Of a DNA stretch of 64,000 bases, positions 22,230 to 37,200 are shown one piece after another. Source of the DNA: Tubulanus polymorphus. Its lineage: Eukaryota > Animalia > Nemertea. The stretch lies in the NCBI RefSeq assembly GCF_964204645.1, contig NC_134026.1, positions 4,487,950-4,551,949 on the forward strand, read 5' to 3'. The position numbers and the translations under genes are program-made. The notes under the pieces were generated by a model. The model was not told the origin of the DNA. It searched no databases and was given only the letters and a program-made list of their open reading frames with translations. Every line of letters begins with the position of its first letter. The first letter of the stretch is position 1.

Positions 22230-25200
22230 ATGGCAGCGTCCACGGAGGACTTAGGCGAACTTGGTCAGTGTTTAAAAAGTTTTCTGTCCTGTAGCATCAT
22301 GTTCCGTTGCTGTAGTTTTAACAAAACGTTTGTCTCTAAACATCCATCGGTTTTATTCATGTTCTGTACGATGTATGCCTGAAATCCACTGAATTATCTC
22401 TTGATAAATCTGTCATGTCATCTTGCCTTGTCAGATGTTGTACTAAATACCAAAAGAAAACTATGAAAACTCTTTGGTCCAGAATCCTCGTCGTTAATGC
22501 TTAAGACCTTTAGCCCACTTCGAACTTCAGACCCATTGGGCTATTGCATTCATTTTACATCCGCTATTTATTCTATAAATGGAATCCAGTTTTCTTGCGT
22601 CGTTTGTGGATTGATATTTAGTTTTTATATGTATCTACCCTTAATTCATTTGCCGCCAAAAGATTGGCCTGATCAGATTCAAGATGGCTGACTGATGGCC
22701 ATTGTCGTTCACCAAAATCTACATTTTATACAATTAGCCTAACACCTAATCTCCTAGTATTATTGAGAACAACTTTCATTTTGGACCCCCAGTTTTGTCA
22801 CGTGCTAAGCTCATGTGACCCTAACAACACGGAAAACCGTTTTGATAGCCTGTTTTCTTTCTGGCAGATTTACTGGAAAGAGTATTTCTACGAATTGGAT
22901 CAGCTAACACTGATGATCAACTCCAGGCTTGTTTAAAGAAGTTCTTAGCCCCAGTTCTGTTAAAATTAGCTAGCCAAGAAGATGGAGTCCGCAAAAAGGT
23001 AAGCACTGAAATTGTACATGAATGGAACCTGTCTATAAATGTTTTATGGATCCATGCCCTGCCTGTCTAAAAGTTAACCTACCTGCAAATAGGTTTGGCT
23101 CCCATGCCTGTCGTGTTTAAAATGGTAACTGCCAAGCCTGTCCACCCCAAGGATGTTTCGCCCAATGCTCTGCCTGCATTAGTACCTGCTAGGGCATCAT
23201 TGTATGCAAATGCATTCATTTTCAGGTTATGGAGTTGTTGGTACATGTTAACAAACGCGTCAAAAGTCGACCAAAGATCCAACTTCCAATTGATGATTTA
23301 TTTTTCCAGTATCAGGATACATCTGTTTCACCCTTTGTTACAGTAAGTACGGATACCTTCGAAACCTTGAAGCACCACTTACCGACAATCATAACTTGTC
23401 CTTTATTCCAAATATCTATTGGCCTAAAGATAAGATTTATAAAGATTTTTGCTCGACACTTTCAGAATTTCACGATCTTGTACATAAAGATCGGATTTCC
23501 AAGATTGCCCGTCGAAAAGCAGTGTGAACTTGTGCCGACTATTATGAACTGCCTCGAAGGGCGACCACCCCAACAACAAGACAGGTAACCTGAAATATAA
23601 CTTCAAAATGGTGGCATTAGGGATTTTTAGTTGTAGAAAAATTCAAATGATACAAAATGGCATTTTCTCTGAAGTCTTTTACAGTTTTTAATGCCGGTGT
23701 TAAAACATTTGAAGATGTCGAGTGATCCTGTGAAACGTAAAGAAATGTATGGTATGCATGACAAACCGAAATCCCGAGAAATCCTGCTCAATTTCATGTT
23801 GGATTATTTATTCCTGCCTTATAAGTAAGATATTTGTTGAAAATTGTAACCTACAATAATTACTACTATTAAAGACATTTGTTTTTTTCTGGAAACTGCT
23901 ATTTCTGCCGATAAAATCAGTGAATTATTCACTTTTTCAGTCAAGTGGCACCGGGGAGACCGAGCTCTGCCACTACACCTACTGGTACCATTAGCGGAGA
24001 GTATTCCTCTAGACCGCAGACAGCACCCGCCTCATCTACTGGATCTGGGCCTCCTGCTGGGCTTAGTGAACAAGCGTATAAACGTTTGATTAGCGATGGA
24101 ATACCGACTGCAGAGCAAATTGAAGAGGTATTCATAGCATACTTAATATGCAGATTAGGGGTTTTAGTCCTGCTGGCCACGTACAGTGTGCAACACTCCA
24201 TCAAACGCCATTCCGATGTAAAATTAAATGAATAATCCAATAGGGTTAGTCTGGGGAAACCGAGATCTGAATAGTGTAAGGCTAGATAAACTAATAAACC
24301 AAAGAAAATATGATGATTCCTCATATCTTTACAGGCTAAACTTGGCATTGTTAAATTCTTGGGCGCTGATTTGTTCCCAGAACTTGAAGTTTTCGTTCAT
24401 TTAATCATCGCCTCTTCAGACACGCGACATAGCGTTGCCACAACCGCCGATATGGAATTGAAACGTATAGTCGGGTAAGTTCAACTCTGGTGAAGTGTGA
24501 AATTGGTAAAACCTGTCATGAATATGAGATTGCTATATTCGATTGAGACGACATGTTTACCAGGCACCATCACAGATATTAAGTAAGCGATATGACACAT
24601 GTGCAGAAATCTCCAAAATTTTTATGGTTTTCGTTGTAGGTCTGTCAATACAAATGACTCGACATTTATCAATAAGATATATCGCGTGTACTATGGTACA
24701 GTAAAGAGTAAAACGATGGTGAGTGCATATGGCTCGATCTCTCCAATGTCTCAATAACAAAACCTGGGAAGATCTATTGCATTGATTGCCTTAGTAGTGC
24801 ATTTTCACAATTCTCATGTGTCGTCACATCTGGATTCCATAAAAAAGGAAAATTGATTTTTGAGACTATTAGGCGACATCTGCTTTCCTATTTCTGTAGC
24901 AGACTATGAAATGTTTCGTATCTTTGGTCTGAATTCATGAATTCTGAAGAATATAGTCAATGCATTTTAATGATGATTTATTACAGAATCCTAATTTGAA
25001 GCCCGATCAAATACGGAGCCCAGCTAATACGCGAATAAGATTGAAAATATTTCCATATTTTCTTAAATCAGTCGAAGCAGCGAATACATTCCCATTCAGT
25101 ATACAGGTATATTTACAAAAATTAACCATCCTCAATATTATATGTATCTCAGTTATTTTCCGCGGTTCTATTTTCCAATACCTTCCACAGGTTATTTTTG

Positions 25201-28200
25201 ACAGTCTTTACGGCAACACAACTAACCAGAAACTCAAACATTACTCGGTGCAACTCGTTCATCATCTGTGCGAAAAGTAAGAGATATCTGGGGTTTTGTG
25301 TTGATTGACATTTTTTCCCGAGCGAAATAAATTCATTGAGTCAGTTTCAACACACTACTAAAGAACTGAGTCTCCCAGTATTTCAATTGATCTCTTCATT
25401 TAACTATTGTATCTTTTGATTTACTGATTTTGAAATACTGCTTTTTATAGCGCTGAAAATCCAAAAATTGCCCCTGTGTCGGCTGTGTTGTTATCGGGTA
25501 TGGTCAAATTGATCGGAGAAGCAAAAGAGGTCAGTATTAATTCTGAAGGCTTATTCAAATCTTACTCTCTGCATCATGATGTTATTTGGTTCTTTTGCTT
25601 CTTCTATTTTGTCTCAAGGATTCAAAGTTAAGAGGTTATGCATATATGGCCGTTGGAAAGTTGGTGAAACGCTGCCCAAATTTGATAGCGAATGACATTG
25701 CATTATTACAGACAATGTTTAATGCTATTTCAAAGGTAAAACCGTTGTCATACCCGCAAAAAATTGAATTTTTCAGTTTTATTTGTTTTTCTGAATCATA
25801 GTTGAGAATTCCTTCGAACAATTTACTTCCTATTTTACCGGAAAATAGGAAGATTCGGAAACGCGTCTGTCAGTGCAAGAGGCGCTATCAATGATGACTT
25901 CGTCGATCAAAGGAAAAGTAGAAGGAACCAATCTTGTATTGTTAGAAGCCCTCGTCATGGAAAACATTGTAAAGGTAATTCATTCATCTTTCACACCCTC
26001 CTCAGGAGGAGTAAAATCTGACTCCTGATTGTGAAGCTAGGCTCTGGTAATAATTAATGTTAATCTCTAACTTACTGGTGGCAATTACCTGATATGAATC
26101 TGCGCTCATTTTGGTTTCTCTGATGATGGAGTTTTTAGTCAAGACTTCGAAACTGTCAGAATAAATTGTCAAAACATCGAGCGTGGGGGTTGCTCATTAT
26201 CTTAGCTTATATTTTCAGCCGGAACCTCCAGCGCGTATGATGGCTGTCCAATTTGCGAAGATAGTTTTTCCTCCAGATCACATTCCATCGCGATACGTTC
26301 TGCTATTGGCTGCTGGAGACTCGTTAGTATTGATTGATTGCATTTTTCAGATGATTACAGTCTTTAGTGACTAATACAACATCATTAACAGTTACAAACA
26401 TATAGGAAAGTTGACCGCAAACATCTAAAACAAAGTGACAGATAAGCAATTCATCTCACTATTAAAATCTTTGCTTTCTTTCATTGAAGTGAGTGCCTAC
26501 ACACTGATAAGGTTATATGGTGAATATAACTACCATCAAAGCATGATAACAAATGAAAAATTAACATTCTGTACAATGTAATATGGTATAACTGGTTAGA
26601 TTAGTGAAACATATTCTATATATCTAAAACAGGTTTCCATTGCCCTCCTATATATAACTTTCAATTCTCTTTGTTGATAGTGACCATTACCTCCCATCAG
26701 TACATCGATCTGTATATCTGCTGTATATCTTCTCTAGAGCTTAGTGACAGGTGTACCACCGGTATAGGAAACCCAGAACAGACAGCGACCCCATTGGTGA
26801 TGGTTTTTCTCTTCGGCTGTCGAATCTGTTGATAACTAAGTTGTTGTAATTTTCATGGTTTTTAGGAAAGAAGACATAAACAGCGAAGCGAAGAAAGCAT
26901 TGAAATCAATTCTACAACCTGATCACCGTCATCAAATTGACCCAACTACGAATAAACAGATGATGCCTTCATTTACTAAACTTGTTGAATACATCAATGA
27001 GAAGGTATCTTTCAATGGATTCCAATTTGAACTGGGACGAGTCTTATTTTCGTGCATCTATCAAATTTCATGTTATCTATTCAGGCTACTTTGCGCGCAA
27101 AATCATCTCAAAAATATGTCGTCGGCAACAAAACTTTGGCGTTTGATCCGGTAACTTACACCATGGTAGGTTATTTTCTCATTAGAAATTATACACACTA
27201 TATATGCATTTAGTTGTCATATACAATATGCCATTCATTTGTTCCAGATATTGACATATTTACGCATGTGTTTAGCGTACAATGCTGGAGTAACTCCGGA
27301 CATGGATTCAATGTCGTCGATGCTAAGTCAGGCTCCGGCTATCGGAAAATATGTCTGTGATTTGCTACAGCAGGAATCTGGTGATAAGAATGGCCCCATT
27401 CAGATATATGTCGAATTGTGTGGCACACTTTTAAAAACCCTTGGAGGTCAGTATTACATGCAAAAAAGCATTTTCCATCATTTTAAGTATTCGCGATACA
27501 AATCAAGATGATTAGATTTTGGCGATAACTTTATTCTAAATCATTGTGTTCAATGGTTTCAGGAGAAATGCCGCTCTATTGTTTACTCGAAATTGTCGCA
27601 GTCGCCAATGAACTGATGGCACCAAAGTTTATCCAAAGTCTTGATTGGATTAAGGTATAAGTGAACAGATTTTTGACTTCTTAATATTTTGAAATTCGCT
27701 TGTGTTTGCAAGATATTTAGCACAAAGCTCTGCCATTTTCACTCTTGGCAGACGTATATGATGTGCAGTCGTGAAGATATGAGGGAATACGCCGCGCATT
27801 TATTCGGCATTCTGATTGCGACTGTATCCGAAGAACAAGAATATACCCAAACAATCGAAGAGTTAATGAAGAATTTACAAAAAGACAAGGTACGTGGCGC
27901 ACGTTGAAGAAGGATGAGAAATAATATTCCAAATCATCCTATTGCTTTTCGAGATATGTATATTTATTGGAATTGTATCGAATTGTGGTAGAACTGTTTT
28001 ATGCTGTGAATATTCTCTTTTCATAGGAAGTCGAATGCCGCCATGGTTCTCTAGTTGCGCTCGGTTACTGTATCGCTTACAAACAGCTCTACAAGCGCAA
28101 CGCCGATGTCGTCATCGAAGACATGGAAACTGAAACACGGGTCATCGAACAACTGCACCGTCGAGCTCTGAATGCGATCGGTAAAGAATTATTGGACAGT

Positions 28201-31200
28201 AGCGGCACGTTGACATTAGCAGGCAGCATTCATGCAGTCGGTGAAATGGGTAGAATCGCTCCTCTACCATTCCCTCCTACGAGTGATAACCTGTCCGATG
28301 AGAAAGTTAATTCATTATCAGTTGTTCAGAGATTGGTGGATATAGTTCAGAAAACTAAACAATCTGGAAAGGTAAGTTTACAACACAAGTGTTTTGACCC
28401 AGGCTAAGCGTTCTCACTGTTGCCATTTGGCCGGACCTAAATTGTCAGAAAAAGTTTTTTTGCGTAAATGCTAACTGGTCCTGTAAGTGGCTTACCTCAC
28501 TTGCCACAGCATCGTAAAACCATCCCTGCTGCGTGGTCTCAGCTTATTATTAATGCTTTGCCCCTTTATTTACCTTGACCTAAGCCTCCTACCCTACAAT
28601 CATTTCTTCTTCAGATCAGAGAAAAAGCTGCTATGACCCTGGGCTATATTTGTGTTGGAAATAATGCTTTTGAACAGAGAAAACTTGCAATGGAAGGCAT
28701 GTTGGATTGTGGCCAGGTAAAAAATGTGCGAAACATCAATCTATCGCATAAACTGGATGCCAGTTTGTATGTTTTTAAGAGCAGTGCCAATTATCATTGA
28801 ATCTTATTGGATCTTGATTTATTTCAGCCAAATCAAATGGAATTACATTTCACAGTTGGAGAGGCATTAGTTAACGCTGCTTTAGGCGTCACTGCTCCGG
28901 CGGCCAGGGATATCTGGAAAGTAGATGAGAAAGAATTTAAGAGCGCTATACCTAATCCACTTATCGAATTAGAATGGCTGTCGAACCAACTGCTCACTAA
29001 GTACATGTCAAGCCCAAACCCGCATATCCGTCAGGCTGCTTGTATTTGGTTACTGACTCTGGTAAAGAGATGCGGATCTTGTCCTGGAGTACGCAGCAAG
29101 CTTGTTAACATTCAAGCTGCTTTCATGAATTTGTTGACAGAAAGTAACGGTGAGTGCTTCCAGCATTTTCAAAGTTCATCCCACAGTCTTGGCTCTTGAG
29201 ATATCGAAAATGAACTGATTTAGAGTATTGAGAGTCGAGCTTAACTGATTTATCATAGCAAAACTCAAATCTAAGATGCTTGATTACCTTTGTTATTGTT
29301 TGTAGAGCTTACTCAGGATATTGCGTCTAAAGGTCTCGGACTGGTGTACGAAAACTGCTCAAAGGAACAGAAGAATGAACTAGTTTCTGTACTAGTCGAT
29401 ACGCTGATGGTTGGAAAAAGGTTCGTCAATTAGGATCCAAGATTTAAGCTCAAAAGCCCAAATAAGGATAAAGACGTATTCTGAATATTATCTATATTAA
29501 ACATGGTCATTTTGAATTCACAGAGCTCCCACTCAAGTAACAGGAGAAACAGAAGTGTTTCAAGCCGGTTCATTGGGGAAAACGCCTGATGGGTAAGAAT
29601 TCATTACCTCTATCTTCCATTTCTAGTTAGTTGCCTAACGGCAGTTAATGTACATGTCTATATAATCTCCATTTTCTAGTGGCAACTTGTCGACGTATAA
29701 GGAGCTTTGCTCAATCGCTAGCGATCTAAACCAGCCAGATCTGATCTATAAATTCATGCATCTTGCCAATCACAATGCGATGTGGAATTCAAGAAAGGTA
29801 GGAAATTATCCAACCCAGGTTCCCGGAAAGTTATTTGCATCTTGTATGTCTTATAAACCATGAATTGTATATTTGCATCCTATGTTTGTTAATGTTTGTA
29901 TTTCCTAAATTTTACTCGTTTCGTTTTTCAAGGGAGCAGCATTTGGGTTCAGTAGTATCGCGGCTCAAGCTGGTGAACAGTTAGCCCCTTACTTGCATCA
30001 GATCGTGCCAAAACTGTATCGGTATCAGTTTGACCCTAATCCGCGTATACAGCAAGCGATGTCAAGTATCTGGACAGCTCTAGTCCCGGATAACAATAAA
30101 ACTGTGAGTACCGTCCATAACTTTACAACTTTGAAGTTTGAATTCATGTTGAAAATCAGTCATCGGAGACCTGTATTACCGTTATGTTAATGATAACTGT
30201 AATGTAACTGTCGTATTTGCAGATTGAAAAGTATCTTGCACAAATCACCGATGATCTGATTAAGAATCTGACTAATAACCAGTGGCGAGTGAGAGAATCC
30301 AGGTAAGAAATGACATGATACCATTAACGTAAAATACCAACATTGTTGAATGACTGAAAAGGTTTATCCAAAATGGAAGCCTTTTTCGTCATTTAACAAT
30401 AGTGGGATTTTACATTTATTGTTTAATCATGGATATTGTGATCTACTGATTCGACATGATACCATATGATACCGATGTCTGGATTCAATCTGACGTAAAC
30501 TATTCGTATGAGGTTTTCCTACGTGTAAACGGATACAATCTTCTTTTACAGTTGTTTAGCTCTAGCCGATTTGCTTCGTGGTAAACCATTGGATGATATC
30601 ATTGAGAGACTGCCTGAACTATGGGACACTTGTTTCCGTGTTAGAGATGACATCAAGGTACAAAAATAGTTAACATGATCGGCCTGAATACTGTTTGTGA
30701 AATCTATGTCTGGGGTTGTTGGTTATATAGATATTCACCTCTTTTATTTTAGGAATCTTGTAGGAATGCCGCTGATTCGGCGTGTAAAGCGCTGCAACGA
30801 GCATCGATAAAATACTGCGATGTCGCCAATGGAAAAGTTGGCGAGCGGTCTGTGAAAGCCGTCCTTCCTTCACTATTGAAAGCTCTTGGGAGTCCCGTTG
30901 AGGACGTCCGAAATATAAGGTATGTACCGGTTCATCTTTTCTCCCTGCCTCAATTATCTTTTTCTCTTATTTACACGTTTGCCATTTTAGTTTGACGACT
31001 CTGGTGAAAATTAGTAAGAATGCCGGTAAATTGCTCGCACCTCACATTCCGATACTGGCTGTTGCGTTGTTGGAGTCACTCAGCGGCCTCGAACCACAAG
31101 TTATGAACTATCTAAGTTTACATGTAGCATCTAGTCAGGCAGCCCAAGAGAAGGTTAGTTGTCATTCAAGTCTACTATTCGTTTCATATGGTCTTGAACA

Positions 31201-34200
31201 AATCTGTGAACATATCACATGTTTTCTCTATAGCGTACATTTACCTAGTGCGCGAAATCATCTTTATTTGGACAATTCTTTTTCCAGTTGGACAATGCCA
31301 GAATTGCGGCTTCAAAAATGTCTCCTATGATGGAAACCATAAATCTAGTAAGTTCCAAACTTGAGACCATGACAAAATCGTACCGATACTTATTAACCAG
31401 GATGGAGGTTTAGAATATCATTACCCTTACCCATTCTTACTAGTACTGAATGAAATACGCATTTGTATTTTCAGTTAATCCGTACAACAGGACGGATAGT
31501 ACTTTATATTCCTTTCAGTGCTGACTAATTAATACCCTATAGTGCTGGAGATAATTTAAAAATTTTGAAAAATTCCACCCTAGTGTGTTGAATAATGGGA
31601 ATATCACTATAGTGTGTCTACTCCGCAGCGCTGTGTATCGGTGCGGTGTACTAGCAAAATCTATCACTGCTTTATACACCACAATGCAGTGTAGACGCAC
31701 TGAAAGGGTTAACTAGTTTATTTGACGCATGAGCTTTCGCTACTAGTATCTTAATCAGGTGAATGAGTCTAACCTATATAAAGTACTATCCGTCTCATTG
31801 TATATATTCTATATACCAAGTTAACACGACTCGTCCCTGAATCTTGTATTTACAGTGCGTACAGTACGTCGATGAATCAGTATTGAAAGAACTAATTCCG
31901 CATTTATGCGATCTGATTCGTAGCGGTATCGGAATCGGTACGAAGGCTGGATGTTGTAATTTCATCGTTTCGCTCATTCATCAGTGTCCACAGGAATTAT
32001 CGCCGTACGCTGGTAAACTGATGAGTGCTCTGCTCACCGGACTCAACGACCGTAGCGTATCTGTACAGAAAGCATTCGCCAACACCATGGGACACACTGT
32101 CAAGGTATTCTTCTATACGAGATACCGCGAAAACCTATAATAAATGATTTTCGTTTAACTTACATGGATTGATAGTGGAGAAAAATGAAAGTTAAATGAA
32201 GGTAGTAGTGAGAGCATCAGGGGCTGTACAGGTCAACTTGAATGTTCAACAAAAGATTTTGTATCGTTGATAACCTTACTTATGATTCTGTGTTGGTTTT
32301 CAGATTGCCAAAGACAGCAGTGTTGAAAAACTAGTCAATAAACTGAAAAGTTGGTATTTCGAGAAAGAAGGTAGGCATGATTATTAGTAGAAATTGATCA
32401 CTGATTGTAGGCACATTACTGAATCAAATTCAATATACAAAAACCGTTTTCTAGAATGATAAATTGTAGTTGATGTTCTGTTTAGATGATGGTGTAAGAC
32501 AAGCTTGTGGCGTGGCGCTGCAAGCAATGGGTCAACACGCCCCCGATATACTTAAACGTCACGCCGCTGTCGCATTACCTCTTGCATTCCTCGCTATGCA
32601 TCAAGAGAAAAAACCGGAAGGTGAGAGAGAGATGAATATACCGGTACCATATTCCCTCGAGTCCTATTTGTCTGTATTTCTGGTTTGTAAATGTATCAGT
32701 GATGATTTAAAAACCTCAAGGATTGATATCCTATTTTTTTCGCAGATGGAAAAGAGAATGAAAATCTTGCGTCAGTATGGGAAGATGTGTGGGTCGAAAA
32801 TACTCCAGGTAAAATTGAAAAAAGTGAAACCCGAAATTTCCAGCTTAATTACTACAGTGACTTGTATATCTCTTTGTATACGGGTATATTGTATTTTATA
32901 GGCACTGAGGGAGGAGTACGGCTTTATCTACCGGAACTGGTCACGATTACGAAAACCGGAATCGAATCTCAGTCGTGGCATATGAAGGCTCAGTCAGCGG
33001 CGGCGATGAAAACCGTAGCCGTCAAATCTAGTTCGAATCTGAAACCTCCTCATCTGGGAAATTTACTTCAGGCACTATTGACATCACTATCAGGGCGAAC
33101 GTGGGCGGGAAAAGTAAGTGAAAAATAAATACCCATTTAGATCAATTATCCACGAAATACACTTTTCTGAAGTACAGTACATTTATTCCAGGAAACATTG
33201 ATAGAGGCTCTGTGTGCAATATGTAAAGAATGCAAGTAAGTTCAGATGACGATCAAAAAAGCATATTATCGTTAATACACACATTTTCCCAGTAATTTCT
33301 GTGTACCTTGCCATAAACTGCTGGTAGTTTTTGTCAAACGACATTGTTTTGTTGTCTCACCGGATCATGACTATTATTATCTAAATTATATAGCTCGCAA
33401 ACTTCCTGGTAATGTCATAAAATAATTAGTGTAAATAATGTGAACAAAGTACTAGTATTTATTTCAGATTATCTTATATTTCCGTATTTACTCTCGATTG
33501 GAATTGATCAAATACAAATGAATACTTAATCTATTCGAAAAGCTTCTGGTTTAGATATTTCAGCGAGATTTGAAAACTTCGAAACAAGGAGCTTTGAAAT
33601 AGGTGAATCATTGTCAAATGTGTATATGTAACAAAATCGACCGTTTTTCCAGAGATTTGATACCACTAACGGACGATGAAGGTGGCACTCCGAGCATTGA
33701 CAAAATACTAGATGCTATTCACAGAGAAAGTAAGAAAGAACGTTTAGAATATAAGATGTCTGCGATCAAATGTTACGGAGCCATTCTCGAAACCTATCAA
33801 ATCGATCAATTTGAAAATATTTACAACATACTCAAGCCTTTACTTAACAAGGTATGTTTTGATAGTATTTCGAAATCATGAAATACAGTTACCAGTATTG
33901 GTAATATATACGGACTATCATAAAAATCTGGCTTTTTTAGTCTCTTGGATCAGCAAATGACTCTGAAGATACTAATAAAGAAACTCTACTGAAATTTCGA
34001 GAAGAAGCATTCCTAGCTGTAGGCCAGGCTTGGCCAACTTGTGAAAAAACGCAAAGTATGTCGATAAGTTGCACAAAACTTGATAAAACGCTCAATTGAA
34101 ATAGTATGCGTTCTCTTGATTCAACATTTTCTTGACGTTTTAGGTACCTATTTCGAAGATTTATCTACACTGTTTGTAAATATGATACCGCAGAGTACAT

Positions 34201-37200
34201 GGAAAGTACAGCAATCAATACTACAATCTATGGCTAAACTCTGGGAAAGGTATGACCGAAAGTTTTTTATAGTTGTTCTGACACGAAGCATGCATATTAC
34301 ATAGATGATACATTTTCTTTATGAGTATGTGTTGTGTATGATTTCAACACTTAACCCTTTCAGTGCGTCTACACTGCAGTGCGATGTATAAATCGGTGAT
34401 AGCTTTTGCTAGTACACCGCACTGCGGTGTATTGATGTAATTAGTAATTATCTCTCTTGAAAAATGGCAGCACCTCGAACATAGTGAAATACTAGTAACT
34501 AACGATACACCGCGTCATAGTGGTATTCCCGTTATTCAACACACTAGGGTGGAATTTTTCCAAAATTTTCAAATAATCTCCAGCACTATAGGGTATTTAT
34601 TAGTCGGCACTGAAAGGGTTAAGCCATTACAAACAGTTACCAGCACATTTTCAAAACTTAAGCCATAACAAACAGTAACATTTTCAGTTAGTATCTAACG
34701 TCTCGGGTCTATCGATAAATGCACGATTGAAATAATTTTCGCACGTCCGTACGAAATCGTACGTTAGTGAAACAGTACAGCACCGGATTCAGCGCGTTGC
34801 TCAGGAAATACGTGACGCTCAACGCTTTGTGGTCCTTCACCAGTTTCAGACGAATTCCGAAGTACGGCAACCAGCTGAAAATGAAGACGAGCGTGACGAC
34901 CAGTAAAACTTGAGCGAGTTTGACCGCGCGTCGTTGTTCGATCGACGCGGATTTCTTCACCGACGGTTGAATTATCGTGTTGTGATACGTCGAACGCGGT
35001 CGGTCGTCGGCGACCGTCGAAACCGTCGACATTTCGGTCGAATCGGTGCTGTTAGTGACGGCGTCGTCCGACGAGCCAGCCGGTCGCGTAGCTTTCTTCG
35101 CCCGCATTCTCTTGCATACGACGACGAAAACGTGCACGTAACAGACTATAATCGTCAGCGATAGAGCTATGAACAGAAAGAAGAAATACCGGTCCATGAC
35201 GGCTTTACCGGTCGGTTTGATGTAGCGTAGATCGGTTCCTTCTTTGTAGTCGCCGGTGTAAAGGTAGACCGTCGAATTTCGGTACGGCGCGTAAACGAAT
35301 CCGCCCTCGCTGATCGAACTCGGTATTCCTTGCAACGCGCACGCGATCACGGTGATCGCGATGATCTTTCGCGCGCGACGCGGCGTGATCGCGAACTTCA
35401 ACGGTCGGCAGACGGCGTAGTAACGATCGACGGCGATTTCGACGAGGAAGAACACGCTCGTTATCAACAACGTGTCGTTGAACCATTCGATCACGCCGCA
35501 GATCCACATCGCTCGTCGCGGTATCAACACGTACGAGATGATCGTCTGATACGGCATCAGGATACCGCTCAGTAACAGGTCGTGTACGGCTAGCGCGATG
35601 ATGAAATACGTCGTCGTCGGTTTCGTCTGGTGTTTCGCGTACACGACGATCACCAGAATGTTGCCGATGACTCCGACGATCGTGAGAAACACGAGCAACG
35701 TCGTCATTTCAATCGTTTCCCAGGTTTTCGTGTCGAAGTTATACAAACAGTACGCGTAAGAGCGAATGTACTCTCGTTTGAATTCAGTTATGTTCAAACT
35801 GTCATTAGCGGTGGAGAATTTCTGCATACATTCAACGAGCTTCATCTTGTCGTTATAAGCCGGTATTCCAATTTAATATACTGTCTTCGTTGTTTCTTTT
35901 CTACAATTTGCAGTACAGTTGTACAACGTTCGCAACGCTGTTTGACAAGATTTGACTCTTCAATGTCACTTGTAGTTTATACACAAGTTTAAACAATGTT
36001 TGTTCCTGGTTTCCAGTTATTAGAAACAAAACAGGCGTCATTGAATATTGATGCGTATTTTGATAACGATTCATGTAACAAAAAGCCACTCCATCATAAT
36101 AACTATCTATTCATGAAATTTTTCAGACACCGTTTATCACATGATCAACTGTTTGGGTTTTCAGCATATCCTTTTACATCAATGATTTTTAATGATCCAT
36201 TATGCTCAACAGATACATAGCAGTAATTTTGTCGATTCAATTTCGATGAATTACTATTCATTTAGTATTAACTTACGTCAATTGAACTTATCTGTTAAAT
36301 GAAATGTAGTTTTTCTGTTAACCGATATCGCGTGGTTTGTACCAGACACGTCTAATTTCGACGAATCTATCCGTTCGACTCTTTCATCTATTTTATCGGT
36401 GAGAACTGTCGCTCCAACTCTCTCAGCAGGTGTGTCTAATCTTCTACTACCATGCTGTTCATTGACAGTTTTTGCTTTAATCTTCCAATTCTTGTCGCGT
36501 CGAGCTGTGTTGTGTGTTAGGTTTAATCCATAGACGTTCTTGCTGCTGACTTACGGATGAATAGATGCAGACTCCACCAGAAATTGCGTGGAATAATTCC
36601 TTCCTGATTTCTTTTGCGTTTTAATCCCGACGATTTTAATCCTAATTTCAACCTTTTAGATCATCATGTAGCAGATCGAAAAATTCTTTTCAAATCAAAT
36701 TCCACGTTTTTTTAATATAGTTTGATTACCAAGTCTCCTCTCCATTTTAAGGTGTATGTCACACCATAAAACTATCAGCTGCCTTTATCTCATTCATCCA
36801 TTGGTGAAATTTAATATCAATCCTTGTGCACAAGATTTTGCCATTGTCTTCACCTGTGTATGTTATTCCGGTAATCGCTACAATTTCTCTGATTTTCAAT
36901 ATCGTGTATCAGTTAGTAAACGTACCCCGTGGATTGATAATACAGAACTTGACTATCGGCTGTACTAAGATAACTGTAACTGCGATCTTGGACATCATCA
37001 CGATCAAAGACAAGATAGCTGAATTCATCGGTGGCTTGTTACTGGCATCGATGTCTTGCCCTCCTCATGAACCGTGTTCGTTTTCGTTTGAAGATTGGTA
37101 TAATAAGAACACAAATTATGGACATACGTCTATTGATGATCCTTGCCTCCCTCTAGGGGCAAGATACTGTTTTTAAGTAATACAGTAAGAAGCGAACACT

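Noticed and set aside
27005-27084. Possible U12 intron in ECM29 (GTATCTTT donor)
   Set aside because: Imperfect match to GTATCCTT and no TCCTTAAC-type branch site.
34910-35992. Overlapping Arg-rich ORFs around the nested GPCR, and antisense ORFs in the long NWD exon
   Set aside because: Shadow frames of real coding sequence.
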